From assembly GCA_963701295.1 (NCBI GenBank), contig OY969585.1:96001-160000 (forward strand): 64,000 bases of DNA, in the 5' to 3' direction. Below, one piece after another: positions 19,805 through 30,978 of this stretch. The stretch's first letter is position 1, and every line of letters begins with the position of its first letter. The DNA comes from Ignavibacteriota bacterium. Its GTDB lineage: Bacteria > Bacteroidota > Ignavibacteria > UBA10030. Below the pieces are notes generated by a model. That model ran no database searches and was not told where the DNA came from. It worked only from the letters and a program-made list of their open reading frames with translations. The position numbers were made by a program, and so were the translations under genes.

Positions 19805-20400
19805 CTATTTTTTCTTCATATAGTCTGGATAGAGTTTTGCCGCACAGTCCGGACAAATGCTATGACTAAACTTGGCATCTGATCGATCTTGGATATACGA
19901 TTCGATTTGCGTCCAATATCCTTGATCATCACGGATCTTCTTGCAATTCGCACAAATCGGTACCAGCCCACTTAACAACTTTACATCAGCAAGGGCATCT
20001 TGAAGCTCGGTGATAAGACGTTCGCGTTCGACTTCTGCCTTTTTGCGTTCAGTGATGTCACGGCCAATACCAACCAGGCCATTAGTTTGACCTTTTTCAT
20101 CTCGTAATGGAAGCTTTGAAGTGACCAGCCAATGTTTTTGACCCTGTTCATCAATTACATATTCTTCTCTGTTGATCACCGGCTGACCGGTTTGAATCAC
20201 TGTTCGGTCGTCAGCAATAAAACCTTCTGCTAATTCCTTCGGAAATAAATCGAAGTCGTCCTTTCCGAGTACGTCCGCTTCCAATTTAAGACCCATATTG
20301 TGGATATCTGCCAGGTTAGCGATAGTTTTTCGGCATTGAATATCTTTCACATAAATTGCATCCGGGATATTATCAATTAATGTTCGAAGAAGGTTGCGCT
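19805..20400. repeat. Direct repeat B, copy 1 (PAS + Cys/His domain coding)
   Basis: Colinear with 23419-24014 at a constant offset of 3614. Both proteins end in an identical LQDALADVKLLSG...YPDYMKKK. Confidence 0.85.
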
Positions 20401-22992
20401 CTTTTGTAAGGGCTGCTTCCATTCGTTTTTGTGCTGCAAGATCTCTGGCTTGCGCTCGCCACCTGTAAATCCAAAAGATAATGCCTGTTATAACGACAAA
20501 CAGTATAAATCTGAACCAAAGAGTATGCCAGAATGGGGGTGTGATGAAGATTTTCAGCGAGACACCTTTTTCATTCCAAACCCCATCGTTATTGCTTGCT
20601 TTTATCCTGAAAGTGTATTCGCCCGGGTTTAAATTCGTATATGTCGCTATTCGGTTATGAGCACTTGTAGTATGCCATCGATCATCGAATCCTTTCAATG
20701 TGTAGGTATATTTGTTTTTTTCAGGATTTGTAAAATCTAATGCAGTAAACTCGATAGAAAAAAAGTCCGCTTTATGAGACAAGATTATTGTGTCAGTTTC
20801 AGTGATTGATTTTTTAAAAATAATGTTGCCGTCAATCTCCTGTCCAACAGTTATCGAATTGTTGTAAATCTTAAAATCTGATAATACTATCTGAGGGGGA
20901 ATACTATTGGTTGTTAAACTCTTTGGATCGAAAATATTAAACCCATTCGGCCCTCCAAATAACAACTTTCCATCTGTTGATTGGCAGTTGGCGTTAGAGA
21001 AAGCATAATCTTGCAGCCCATCGGTATAATCATAGGTATGGAAGGATTTAGTTTTTGGATTAAATTTTAAAATCCCGTTTGTTGTGCTTACCCATAAATT
21101 GTAATCATTATCTTCCAATATTGCTTTAATACTCATATCCGGCAATCCGTCTTTATCAGAGAAAGCAGTAAACTCATTTGTTTTCATATCTAGTTTATTC
21201 AGGCCCCAACCATCACTGCCAAACCACATATTGCCTTCATGATCTTCGAAAATACAAAATATATTATCATTACTGAGACTATTATGATCATTCATGTGTC
21301 TGTAATGATTAAATTTTATTTTGGGAAAAGATTTGTTGAAATCATAATCGTTTAATTTTACCATTTCCAGTCCTGAGGAAGTAGCAATCCAAATATAATG
21401 GCGGCTGTCTTCAAATATAGTGGTTGTATATTTTTCGACAAAACTATCAGGATCGTTTGGGTCATTTTTATAATGATAAAACCGGTTTGTTTTCCGGTCA
21501 TATAAATCCAATGTTCCATTCAGCCCTGCTGCCCACAGATTATGTTTGCTATCTTCCAATAAAGCCCAAACATTATTATCGATTAGACTATACTTATTGT
21601 TCGGATCATGTATAAATCGAATAAATTTATTCTCTTTTCTTTTATAACAATTGATGCCATGAGCATACGTGCCAACCCAGACGTTATCTTCAAAATCTTT
21701 AGCAAGGCAAACAACAGCGTTGCCGCTAATAGAATTTGGGTTACCGGGATTATTAAGAAAATGTTTGAACTTATTAGTTTTTTTATCCCAGAAATTCAAA
21801 CCGCCGCCATCCGTTCCAATCCAATATTTTTCATCTTTATCTTCAATAATTGAGGTTACAGATTTATTGCTCAAGCTGTTTTTATCAGAAGGATTAGGAG
21901 TGTGTAATCCGAAATTCGTTTTCTCCTCCTCATCCATATTCAAACCTGCATTAGAAGTGGCTACCCAAATTATTCCAGACCTGTCTTCAAAAGTTAGATT
22001 GATTCCATCGCTGCTAAGTGAGTTTGGGTTTGTTGTTTCATATTTACAATAATCAAATAACTCTGTCTTTTTATTATAAAGTGAAATACCGCCGCCATCG
22101 GTACTAATCCAAAAAATTCCGTCTTTATCCTGCCTGATGTGGTTTATAATGTTAGCAGATACTGAATTTTTCTTCGGTACGTTTATATATTGTTTGAAAA
22201 CATTATGATTTTTATCCCACGAAATTAAACCCGCACCGGACGAACCAAACCAATATAAACCGTCAGTATCTTCCAAAAACATAGACATCCTGCTTGCTTG
22301 TTTTTCTATATTGGGAATTAAGATTGGATAATGTTCATAATTACCAGTTTGTGGATTGAATCTATCAATTATTTTATTGCTCGCGCTAATCCAGATATTG
22401 GAATGTTTATCTTCATAAGCGCCATAAATTACATTTCCACTAATACTATTCGGATTATCATTGTTGTGTTCATATCGTTTAAAAACAGATTTTGCTTTAC
22501 TAAAATCGGTACCATCATTGACCGGTAATGTCCAGATGCCTTCCGAAAATGTACCTAACCATAGAACTCCTTTTGAATCACAGAAAATACTAGTGAAGTG
22601 GTTGCCGTTCTCATTCGCATAAATAGATTTGAACCTTTCTTTCTTTTTATCGAACATAGTAAGCCCGGTGGAGAAATAATCCAAATCCTGTCATTATTAT
22701 CTTCAGCGAAAAATTGTATTCCGTTTGAAATCGTAGCAGGATCACTTTCTACAGGTTTATATGCTTTAAATTGATAACCGTCATAACGAAATAATCCATT
22801 CCATGTTCCTATCCATAAAAAACCATGTTTATCCTGCGAAATTGCATTGATATAATTATTTGTAAGTCCCTGTTCCTTAGAAAATTTCTTAAACTCTATA
22901 TTTCTATTTTGTCCGAAACCATTATTCAAAGTAATGATAAGAATAATGAAAATGCTAAGGACTTTAATAATCCGAAAAGATTTCATGCTCAT
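19805..22992 (-). pseudogene. Beta-propeller/Y_Y_Y sensor + 1 PAS + Cys/His domain, frameshifted near 22670
   Basis: ORF 22555-22992 supplies the signal peptide and first blades (QDKHGFLWIGTWNGLFRYDG). ORF 19805-22684 continues (GLTMFDKKKERF...PPFWHTLWF...PAS...PICANCKKIRDD...SHSICPDC). Confidence 0.8.
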
Positions 22993-23165
22993 CCTTCATG
23001 GATGATACTAGGTATGAAGTTCTTCGCTATTCTTCTCAATTTATTCCTGCTGCTCGATGAAAAGATTGTTTGCCTTTTTCAGATCTTCACTCCACGAGCA
23101 AAGTTCTTTGCCACTAATATATATATAGCAACAATAAATCAATTTTTGCTCTAAGGCAACATCCC

Positions 23166-23408
23166 CTATGAATCTTCCTTTTGTGTAAAATCCGGATACA
23201 GTTTCTTCATACAATCAGGACAGATACCATGGGTGAAACGAGCCTGTGATCGCTCTTGAATATACGCTTCAACTTGAGTCCAGTATCCTTTATCATCACG
23301 AATCTGTTTACAATTTGCACAGATAGGAAAATGAGAATATCCTATCACTTGTTTCAATCCATTGAAATACGCGTTGTGAAGCACCATGCGGAAGAGAAAC
23401 ACTAGCAT
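23166..23408 (-). CDS. Stand-alone Cys/His (putative Zn-binding) domain protein or gene remnant
   Basis: PICANCKQIRDDKGYWTQVEAYIQERSQARFTHGICPDCMKKLYP. Its DNA parallels 27667-27830. ATG lies 10 nt after the upstream stop. Confidence 0.55.
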   Translation of the reverse strand: MLVFLFRMVLHNAYFNGLKQVIGYSHFPICANCKQIRDDKGYWTQVEAYIQERSQARFTHGICPDCMKKLYPDFTQKEDS

Positions 23409-23418
23409 TTCTGATATA

Positions 23419-24014
23419 CTATTTTTTCTTCATATAGTCTGGATAGAGTTTTGCCGCACAGTCCGGACAAATGCTATGACTAAACTTGGCATCTGATCGA
23501 TCCTGGATATACGATTCGATTTGCGTCCAATACCCTTGGTCATCACGGATCTTCTTGCAATTCGCACAAATCGGTACCAATCCACTTAACAACTTTACAT
23601 CAGCAAGTGCATCTTGAAGCTGTGCGATGAGCTTCTCACGCTCAGCTTCAGCTTTTTTTTGTTCAGTGATGTCATGGCTAACACCAACCAGACCGATAGT
23701 TTGACCTTTTTCATCTCGTAATGGAAGCTTTGAAGTGACCAACCAACGTTTCTGACCCTGTTTATCAATTACATATTCTTCTCTGTTGATCACCGGCTGT
23801 CCGGTTTGTATCACTGTTTGGTCGTCAGCAACAAAGCCTTCTGCTAGTTCTTTCGAAAATAATTCAAAGTCGTCTTTCCCTAAAGCTTCAGCCTCTGATT
23901 GCAGACCCATGTTGTGCACATCGGCTAAGTTGGCGACGGTCTTGCGGGAGGCTGTGTCTTTTACATAAATTGCATCAGGAATATTATCAATGAGTGTCCG
24001 AAGAAGGTTGCGCT
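23419..24014. repeat. Direct repeat B, copy 2
   Basis: Colinear with 19805-20400. Confidence 0.85.
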
Positions 24015-27000
24015 CGCGTTGCAATGACTCCTGCGCCCTCATAAGGTCGCTGATTTCGCGCGAGATCCCCACGAGCCCCACGATTTGACCACTGTCATCG
24101 CGCATCGGGACTTTTGTGGTCCAAGTCCAAATGGTCTGTCCGTCCTCCAATTGCCTGCTCTCAATGAGGCCTATGATCGGTTCGCCTGATTCCATCATTC
24201 GCTGTTCAATTTCTATTGACTTTCGGCCATGCTCCTCGCCCCACAGGTCTATATCGGTCTTTCCGACGATCTGACTCATATCGTCCACATTCAGGTCTCG
24301 CATTTCTTTACGGTTCATTCTAATATGACGGCACTGCCGGTCTTTAAAGTAAATACTATCCGGGATGTTATCCATCAGTGCATCTAAAAGTGATTTTTCA
24401 TGTTTTAGTGCTTCCTCAATATGCTTTTGTTCTGTAATTTCTCGACCGACACCCACAAGACCAGTAATCTGACCCTGTTCATCCCGCAAGGGCAGCTTGG
24501 AGGTAAGCAACCAATGTCCTTTGCCCTCTTTGTCAATAAGAAATTCCTCCTTATTGAGCACCGGTTGACCAGTTTGGATAACCGATTGATCATCGGCACA
24601 GAAAGCTGCCGCTATATCTGACGGATAGATATCGTAATCATTCTTTCCCAACACTTCAGCTTCTGATTGTGCACCCATATTGCGAACATCCGCTGCATTA
24701 GCGACGGTCTTGCAACATTTAGTGTCTTTCACATATACCGCATCCGGTAGATTATCGATCAATGTCCGAATAAGATTGCGCTCTTGAGTAAGGGCTGCAT
24801 CCATCCGTTTTTCTGCTGATAGGTCTCTTGCTTGCATACGCCACTTGTAGATCCAGAAAGCAATACTCCCAAGAACAATGAGGAGAAGTCCATAGAACCA
24901 AAATGTTTTCCAAAAAGGAGGAGTGATAATGATGCGAATAGAAGTTCCCTGATCATTCCATCTGCCTTGATTATTGGAAGCTTTGACACGAAATGTGTAC
25001 GTCCCTCCCGGCAAATTCGTGTACGTCACGAAACGCCTGTTTGCGTCCGTGTAATTCCATTCTTTATCAAATCCTTCCATCATATATGCATAGAGATTAC
25101 CCTTTGGTGAAGCATAATGAAGGCCTGCAAATTCAAAAGAAAAAACATTCTCTTTATAGGAAAGATGAATTTCATTACAGTCTGATATGGATTTTGCAAG
25201 AATTGTGCGTCCTTCTGCATTCTCACCTATAGCGACAGGCTTATTAAAGATTTGAAAATCGGTAACCACTACCCTTGGAAGGGATGGATCATCTATAATA
25301 CTGTCCGGATTAAAAATATTGAAACCATGGACTCCGCCAAAGATCATCTCACCGCTCCGGCTTCTAAAGCAGGCATTCGCACTAAATTCATTGCCTTGCA
25401 GTCCATAATTTTCAAAATAGCTTTTAAAGTTACCGGTACTGGGATTATATTTTGATAAACCATGATTGGTACTGATCCAGAGATTGCCATGATCGTCTTC
25501 CAGTATTCCGTGTATGCTGTTGTTTGGTAATCCATCGCTTTCGTTATATCGATGAAAAGTTCCGGCATTTCGATCAAATTTATTGAGACCGTTCGATGTG
25601 CCTACCCAGAAAGCTCCTGCGCGACCTTCATAGAGACAAATGACTTTATTATCGCTTATGGTGTTGGAATCCCGATTATCAGACTGATAATGAAAGAATA
25701 TTCCTTTTTCAGTATCAAAACGGTACAAGCCTCCTGTAAGGGTTCCAATCCAAAAAATATCGGAAGAATCTTCATGCATTGTCCAAATAAAACTGTCGCT
25801 TATACTCTTTGGGTCATTTTGATCATAATTATAACGAGTAAATTCACCCTTTGCATAATCGAATCGATTCAATCCTCCGCCAAAGGTTCCTACCCACAGA
25901 TTCCCTGCCCGGTCTTCGTAGATGCTCCATGCACTATTATTACTTATACTGTGAGGATTATTGGGATCATTTCGATAGCGGATGAATTTCCCTTCCTGTC
26001 TGTCAAAATAATTTAACCCATCATCTGTACCAATCCATAACCTATTGTGCCGATCTTCATAGACACTTCTGATCGTGTTATTACTCACACTGTAAGGATT
26101 CTGCGGATTATACACATAGTGCGTAAATCGATTTTTTTTTCGGTCTAAACGATCTAAACCTCCACCACCGGTTCCTATCCAGATCATTTCCTGGCTATCC
26201 TCGCAAATGGCATGGACCGTATTCTTAGACAAGCTGTTTATATCATTGGGACGATTTCTGTAAAGCACGAAATGTTTTTTGCCCGGATTATATTTATTGA
26301 TACCATTGAAATTTGTTCCTACCCACAGGATGCCCAACTGATCTTCAAATATTGAAAGCACCGAATTACCGCTCAGACTCGTAAGATCTTGAGGATCGTT
26401 TCGATAATGAATAAACAGATCATTGCCTCCAACTTTAGAACCAGCTACAAATTTATCGAGTCCCCCACCATCGGTACCTATCCAGAGATTTCCATTATGA
26501 TCTTCGTGAATGGATCTGACAATATTTTGATTTAAACTAGTAGGATCGTTCGGATTGTTCCGATAATGGACAAACCGATTCTTCTGAGGATCAAACCGAT
26601 TCAATCCGCCGCCCCATGTCCCTACCCACAGGTTCCCTGAGCGGTCTTCATAGATTCTCCATATACCAGTAGGACTGATACTGTGAGGATTTTGAGGATC
26701 ATTTACATAACGCGTGAATTCTTTTGTTTCCCTGTTAAAATAATTCAATCCGTAATCGGTGCCAATCCAAAGACGTCCATGCCTATCCTCGAGAATCGAT
26801 AATACATTATTCTGGCTCAGACTTTTGGAATTACTCGGATCATTTATGTAACGGATAAATTTTTCTTCTTTTCTGTCAAACTGATTGAGCCCTCCCCCCT
26901 GGGTGCCTACCCAAAGGGTTCCCGACCGGTCTTCATAAATAGATCGGACATAATTATTACTCAGACTGCCCGGATCATTCGGATTGTTTGTGTAGTGAGT

Positions 27001-27366
27001 AAACCGTTCTTTTTCCCGATCAAACCGATTGAGACCACCTTCCGTTCCAATCCAAAGTGTACCCAAATGATCTTCAATAATAGCCTCAACATTGTTTTTG
27101 CTCAGGCTAAATGGATTCTCAGGATCGTTTTTATATACCTTAAAAGTATACCCATCATACCGATTAAGACCTTCATAAGTCCCAAACCATAAAAACCCCT
27201 TGCTGTCTTGACAGATGCACAATACCGAACTCTGAGATAACCCTGATTCAATGGATATCCTTTCGAATTGAATCTCGTTCATTTGAGAATGGGATGGGGA
27301 AATCAGAAAAATAGCGGTTATGCCCCATAAGACAAACACCTTCGATAAATTAGTTTTCATATTCAC
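23419..27366 (-). CDS. Beta-propeller/Y_Y_Y membrane sensor + 3 PAS + Cys/His domain; no kinase
   Basis: Signal peptide, Reg_prop repeats, Y_Y_Y, PPFWKTFWF TM, three PAS/PAC units (DNLPDAVYVKD, DNIPDSIYFKD, DNIPDAIYVKD), PICANCKKIRDD...SHSICPDC. Confidence 0.88.
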   Translation of the reverse strand: MNMKTNLSKVFVLWGITAIFLISPSHSQMNEIQFERISIESGLSQSSVLCICQDSKGFLWFGTYEGLNRYDGYTFKVYKNDPENPFSLSKNNVEAIIEDHLGTLWIGTEGGLNRFDREKERFTHYTNNPNDPGSLSNNYVRSIYEDRSGTLWVGTQGGGLNQFDRKEEKFIRYINDPSNSKSLSQNNVLSILEDRHGRLWIGTDYGLNYFNRETKEFTRYVNDPQNPHSISPTGIWRIYEDRSGNLWVGTWGGGLNRFDPQKNRFVHYRNNPNDPTSLNQNIVRSIHEDHNGNLWIGTDGGGLDKFVAGSKVGGNDLFIHYRNDPQDLTSLSGNSVLSIFEDQLGILWVGTNFNGINKYNPGKKHFVLYRNRPNDINSLSKNTVHAICEDSQEMIWIGTGGGGLDRLDRKKNRFTHYVYNPQNPYSVSNNTIRSVYEDRHNRLWIGTDDGLNYFDRQEGKFIRYRNDPNNPHSISNNSAWSIYEDRAGNLWVGTFGGGLNRFDYAKGEFTRYNYDQNDPKSISDSFIWTMHEDSSDIFWIGTLTGGLYRFDTEKGIFFHYQSDNRDSNTISDNKVICLYEGRAGAFWVGTSNGLNKFDRNAGTFHRYNESDGLPNNSIHGILEDDHGNLWISTNHGLSKYNPSTGNFKSYFENYGLQGNEFSANACFRSRSGEMIFGGVHGFNIFNPDSIIDDPSLPRVVVTDFQIFNKPVAIGENAEGRTILAKSISDCNEIHLSYKENVFSFEFAGLHYASPKGNLYAYMMEGFDKEWNYTDANRRFVTYTNLPGGTYTFRVKASNNQGRWNDQGTSIRIIITPPFWKTFWFYGLLLIVLGSIAFWIYKWRMQARDLSAEKRMDAALTQERNLIRTLIDNLPDAVYVKDTKCCKTVANAADVRNMGAQSEAEVLGKNDYDIYPSDIAAAFCADDQSVIQTGQPVLNKEEFLIDKEGKGHWLLTSKLPLRDEQGQITGLVGVGREITEQKHIEEALKHEKSLLDALMDNIPDSIYFKDRQCRHIRMNRKEMRDLNVDDMSQIVGKTDIDLWGEEHGRKSIEIEQRMMESGEPIIGLIESRQLEDGQTIWTWTTKVPMRDDSGQIVGLVGISREISDLMRAQESLQRERNLLRTLIDNIPDAIYVKDTASRKTVANLADVHNMGLQSEAEALGKDDFELFSKELAEGFVADDQTVIQTGQPVINREEYVIDKQGQKRWLVTSKLPLRDEKGQTIGLVGVSHDITEQKKAEAEREKLIAQLQDALADVKLLSGLVPICANCKKIRDDQGYWTQIESYIQDRSDAKFSHSICPDCAAKLYPDYMKKK
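24029..24768. repeat. Direct repeat A, copy 1 (two PAS domains, ~740 bp)
   Basis: Near-identical to 28664-29403 at offset 4635. The peptide ADDQSVIQ...REISDLMRAQE is identical in both proteins. Confidence 0.9.
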
Positions 27367-27666
27367 TCTTTCGCTTATGATTGCGAGTATGACAGTTCCT
27401 CATATTTCATTCATTACTAAGATTGTAAAATAAGAATATCCGATCAATAGTTCCGATTTATTTAAATATGCATTATGAAGTATTCTAAAGACAAGCCTGT
27501 CTGATGTACTATTCTTTCATGTCAAAGACCGGATAAAGCTTTGCTGCACAATTTCCTATTCTACATTCCATGATCCTAATCTTACCGAAAAATCATTTGC
27601 CATCTTCGCTATTTAAGATGTTCACGGATTTCCGTTTTGCAATTTCATTTTCAAAGATAGTATTCT

Positions 27667-30300
27667 CTACTCATCTTCTTTTTGTAAAAATTCCGGATAC
27701 AGTTTCTTCATACAATCAGGGCAGATACCGTGACTAAAGCGAGCATGCGACCGTTCTTGGATATAGGATTCTACTTGCATCCAGAATCCTTTGTCATCAC
27801 GTATTTGTTTGCAATTTGCACAGATAGGAACAAGTCCGCTCAGTGTTTTGACTTCAGAAAGAGCAGCTTGAAGTTTTTTGATAAGTTGTTCACGTTCTTC
27901 TTCGATTCGCTTCCGTTCAGTGATATCGCGATCAATGCCAATGGTCATTATCTTTCCCTGCATCTTAAAGGGAACCGCAGTGTATTCAATGACATTATCC
28001 TTTCCATCTGGCCGGATCCAGCTATATGATCCGCCAAACACAACATCATGGACGTTGGATTCATGATGGTCATCACTGAGCGATTTTGCAATGTCCATAG
28101 TAGTTCCAATTTGCAGCAATTCTTCTCGACTCCGCCCAGCCATCTCAGCATAGCGTTTATTGCAATCGATGAGCCTTCGATGTTTTCGATTAGAAGTTTC
28201 CTCAAAAACACTGAGACCATCGTATGCATTTTCAAAAACAAATCGAAATTTATCTGCAGTTTCCCGAAGTGTTTCTTCCATTCGTTTGCGCTCAGTGATG
28301 TCACGGTCAATACCAACAGTTCCAATGACTTTGCCTTCGACATCCCGAAGAGGGACTTTGGTCGTCGAAACCCATCTCTCTTTTTCTTCTTTGCTTGCGT
28401 CTACTGCAGGACCTTCGTAATCATATAACCCCTTACCTGATTGAATAATCTCCTGCTCATATGCATAGTATTGCAATGCCAAATCATGCGGAAAAAGGTC
28501 AAAATCCGTTTTCCCGATAAGTTTGTCCTCAGATGAAAATCCGAATTTATGCACCACAGCAATATTGCCTACGATATAACGGCCTTTGGTATCCTTTATA
28601 TAGATGTAATCTGGCAAGTTATCAATTAATGTACGAAGAAGAGTGCGTTCACGTTCGCGCTCTTCCTGCGCCCTCATAAGGTCGCTGATTTCGCGCGAGA
28701 TCCCCACGAGCCCCACGATTTGACCACTGTCATCGCGCATCGGGACTTTTGTGGTCCAAGTCCAAATGGTCTGTCCGTCCTCCAATTGCCTGCTCTCAAT
28801 GAGGCCTATGATCGGTTCGCCTGATTCCATCATTCGCTGTTCAATTTCTATTGACTTTCGGCCATGCTCCTCGCCCCACAGGTCTATATCGGTCTTTCCG
28901 ACGATCTGACTCATATCGTCCACATTCAGGTCTCGCATTTCTTTACGGTTCATTCTAATATGACGGCACTGCCGGTCTTTAAAGTAAATACTATCCGGGA
29001 TGTTATCCATCAGTGCATCTAAAAGTGATTTTTCATGTTTTAGTGCTTCCTCGATATGCTTTTGTTCTGTAATTTCTCGACCGACACCCACAAGACCAGT
29101 AATCTGACCCTGTTCATCCCGCAAGGGCAGCTTGGAGGTAAGCAACCAATGTCCTTTGCCCTCTTTGTCAATAAGAAATTCCTCCTTATTGAGCACCGGT
29201 TGACCAGTTTGGATAACCGATTGATCATCGGCATAGAAAGCTGCCGCTATATCTGCCGGATAGAAATCGTAATCATTCTTTCCCAAGACTTCTGCCTCTG
29301 ATTGTCCGCCCATATTATGAACATCTGCTAAATTAGCGACGGTCTTGCAACATTTAGTGTCTTTCACATATACCGCATCCGGTAGATTATCAATCAATGT
29401 CCGGAGAATATTACGTTCATGCTGAAAAGTCTCTTCTGTTTGTTTGCGTTCGGTGATATCACGAATTGTGAATATATGTAATTCCTTACCGCCCATTCGA
29501 GTGATTCTTCCACGAATCTCTGCAGGAAATGTTGTGTCATTTTTCCGCAGACCAAGAATTTCATAAGATTCTCTTATGTCCAATTGAATCGCCCCATTGA
29601 CGTGAGCACGTAATTCGGGTACGACTATATCGAGGAGTGATTTTCCAATGAGTTCACTCCTCTTATATTCATACATATGTGCAAGTTGATCGTTCATATC
29701 GACAATAATACCATTTTCCGTTAGTGCGATACCTTCAAAGGAAGCCTCAGCAAGCGTCCTGAATCTGTGCTCACTTTCATGCACCGCTTGTTCTATTTGT
29801 TTCTGTGCCTCTTCAGCTTTTTTACGAGAAGTGATATCCTTCACTGCCGAAATAACTGTTGGTTTTCCCTTCAACTCAAATAAATGATTACTCACCTCGA
29901 CCGGAATTCTATGACCATTTTTTGCAAGATGTATCCCTTCCCAGATTGTATATTTCTGTGTCATAAGTTTTTTCATCATCACTTCAACGTGGGGAATGGT
30001 CTCGGGGGCATGAATGTCGTATGGACCTTTTTTAAGAAGTTCCTCCCGGGTATATCCTAATTGTTTGCAGGCAACTCCATTCACTTCGAGAAACTTAGAA
30101 GGCACTCCCTCTTGATTGTGATATTCATAGACAAATATTTCATCATTAACGCTATTGAAAAGAAGATTGTATAACTCAGTAAAAGGCAGCAATACTGTTT
30201 TTGCCCTCTTGTTTGATGCAGCCCCATTTTTTTTTATGCGCTTGCGCAATCGAGCAACTTCGTTAAGAAGTTGAGCCTTTGTTTTAATCATGTGTTTCAT
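27667..30300 (-). CDS. Cytoplasmic six-PAS protein with a C-terminal Cys/His domain; no kinase
   Basis: N-terminal KTKAQLLNEVARLRKRI coiled coil, six PAS/PAC units ending in DIT/EIT/EIS motifs, then LSGLVPICANCKQIRDDKGFW...SHGICPDC. Confidence 0.88.
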   Translation of the reverse strand: MKHMIKTKAQLLNEVARLRKRIKKNGAASNKRAKTVLLPFTELYNLLFNSVNDEIFVYEYHNQEGVPSKFLEVNGVACKQLGYTREELLKKGPYDIHAPETIPHVEVMMKKLMTQKYTIWEGIHLAKNGHRIPVEVSNHLFELKGKPTVISAVKDITSRKKAEEAQKQIEQAVHESEHRFRTLAEASFEGIALTENGIIVDMNDQLAHMYEYKRSELIGKSLLDIVVPELRAHVNGAIQLDIRESYEILGLRKNDTTFPAEIRGRITRMGGKELHIFTIRDITERKQTEETFQHERNILRTLIDNLPDAVYVKDTKCCKTVANLADVHNMGGQSEAEVLGKNDYDFYPADIAAAFYADDQSVIQTGQPVLNKEEFLIDKEGKGHWLLTSKLPLRDEQGQITGLVGVGREITEQKHIEEALKHEKSLLDALMDNIPDSIYFKDRQCRHIRMNRKEMRDLNVDDMSQIVGKTDIDLWGEEHGRKSIEIEQRMMESGEPIIGLIESRQLEDGQTIWTWTTKVPMRDDSGQIVGLVGISREISDLMRAQEERERERTLLRTLIDNLPDYIYIKDTKGRYIVGNIAVVHKFGFSSEDKLIGKTDFDLFPHDLALQYYAYEQEIIQSGKGLYDYEGPAVDASKEEKERWVSTTKVPLRDVEGKVIGTVGIDRDITERKRMEETLRETADKFRFVFENAYDGLSVFEETSNRKHRRLIDCNKRYAEMAGRSREELLQIGTTMDIAKSLSDDHHESNVHDVVFGGSYSWIRPDGKDNVIEYTAVPFKMQGKIMTIGIDRDITERKRIEEEREQLIKKLQAALSEVKTLSGLVPICANCKQIRDDKGFWMQVESYIQERSHARFSHGICPDCMKKLYPEFLQKEDE
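28664..29403. repeat. Direct repeat A, copy 2
   Basis: Near-identical to 24029-24768. Confidence 0.9.
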
Positions 30301-30978
30301 AATGTAACTCCAACAAAACCTATAATACTCATATCTTATACCAGCTTATTCTGTTTCTCAATACTGCAAGCAATGAATAAAATAAAGAGAAGAAGCACTA
30401 TAGAATTAGGCTTCATAAAAGTATCACCAAGATTATATATGAATAAATAATCGCGAAACTGTAGTGAGAAGAATTCTATTAAGAAATAACTCATATTCCA
30501 TCTCTCCTACGGTGATAACAGTCACAGGAACGTAGGTATGGCATTTCTGCATACTATGTGGGAATATCAGAGATGATGAATGAGACAGCATCAGAATGAA
30601 TATTCGCATGTGCCCACGATGCAATGCTTACATCTGTTCCCCTTTTTCACCGAGATGTACGTTATGGCATTCAACAATAAAATCTTATAAAGAATCACCA
30701 AGACATCATCTGGTGGTAATTTTCGGCAAGATTCTTATCGTCAATGCCGGATGCGCGCTACCACTATTATTTGTACAAATTTACTTTATATCCTCTTCAA
30801 AATCAAAAAATGTTAAAATAGAAAGTAAGGATAAAAAGCAACGAGATCTTCTTGCTCGGCCACGAGAAGTTGCTGTTGCAGTGCATTGATGAGGCCTTTA
30901 CATGTTTATCTAAAATAACTCATGCTATTCAAACATCTTTATATCGCCCTGCCAGGGCTTTGTTTTTTTCTGGTTTAT

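Noticed and set aside
16897-27366. Periodic similarity in the sensor genes as a CRISPR array or DNA tandem repeat
   Set aside because: The repeats are degenerate protein-level propeller blades within open frames, with no identical repeat-spacer structure.
24029-29403. Repeat pair as a diversity-generating retroelement TR/VR
   Set aside because: No reverse transcriptase is in the window, both copies are internal coding sequence of ~740 bp, and the differences do not look adenine-specific.
30301-30975. Track ORFs 30433-30624 and 30596-30889 in the spacer
   Set aside because: No recognisable motifs or well-spaced RBS; probably regulatory DNA.
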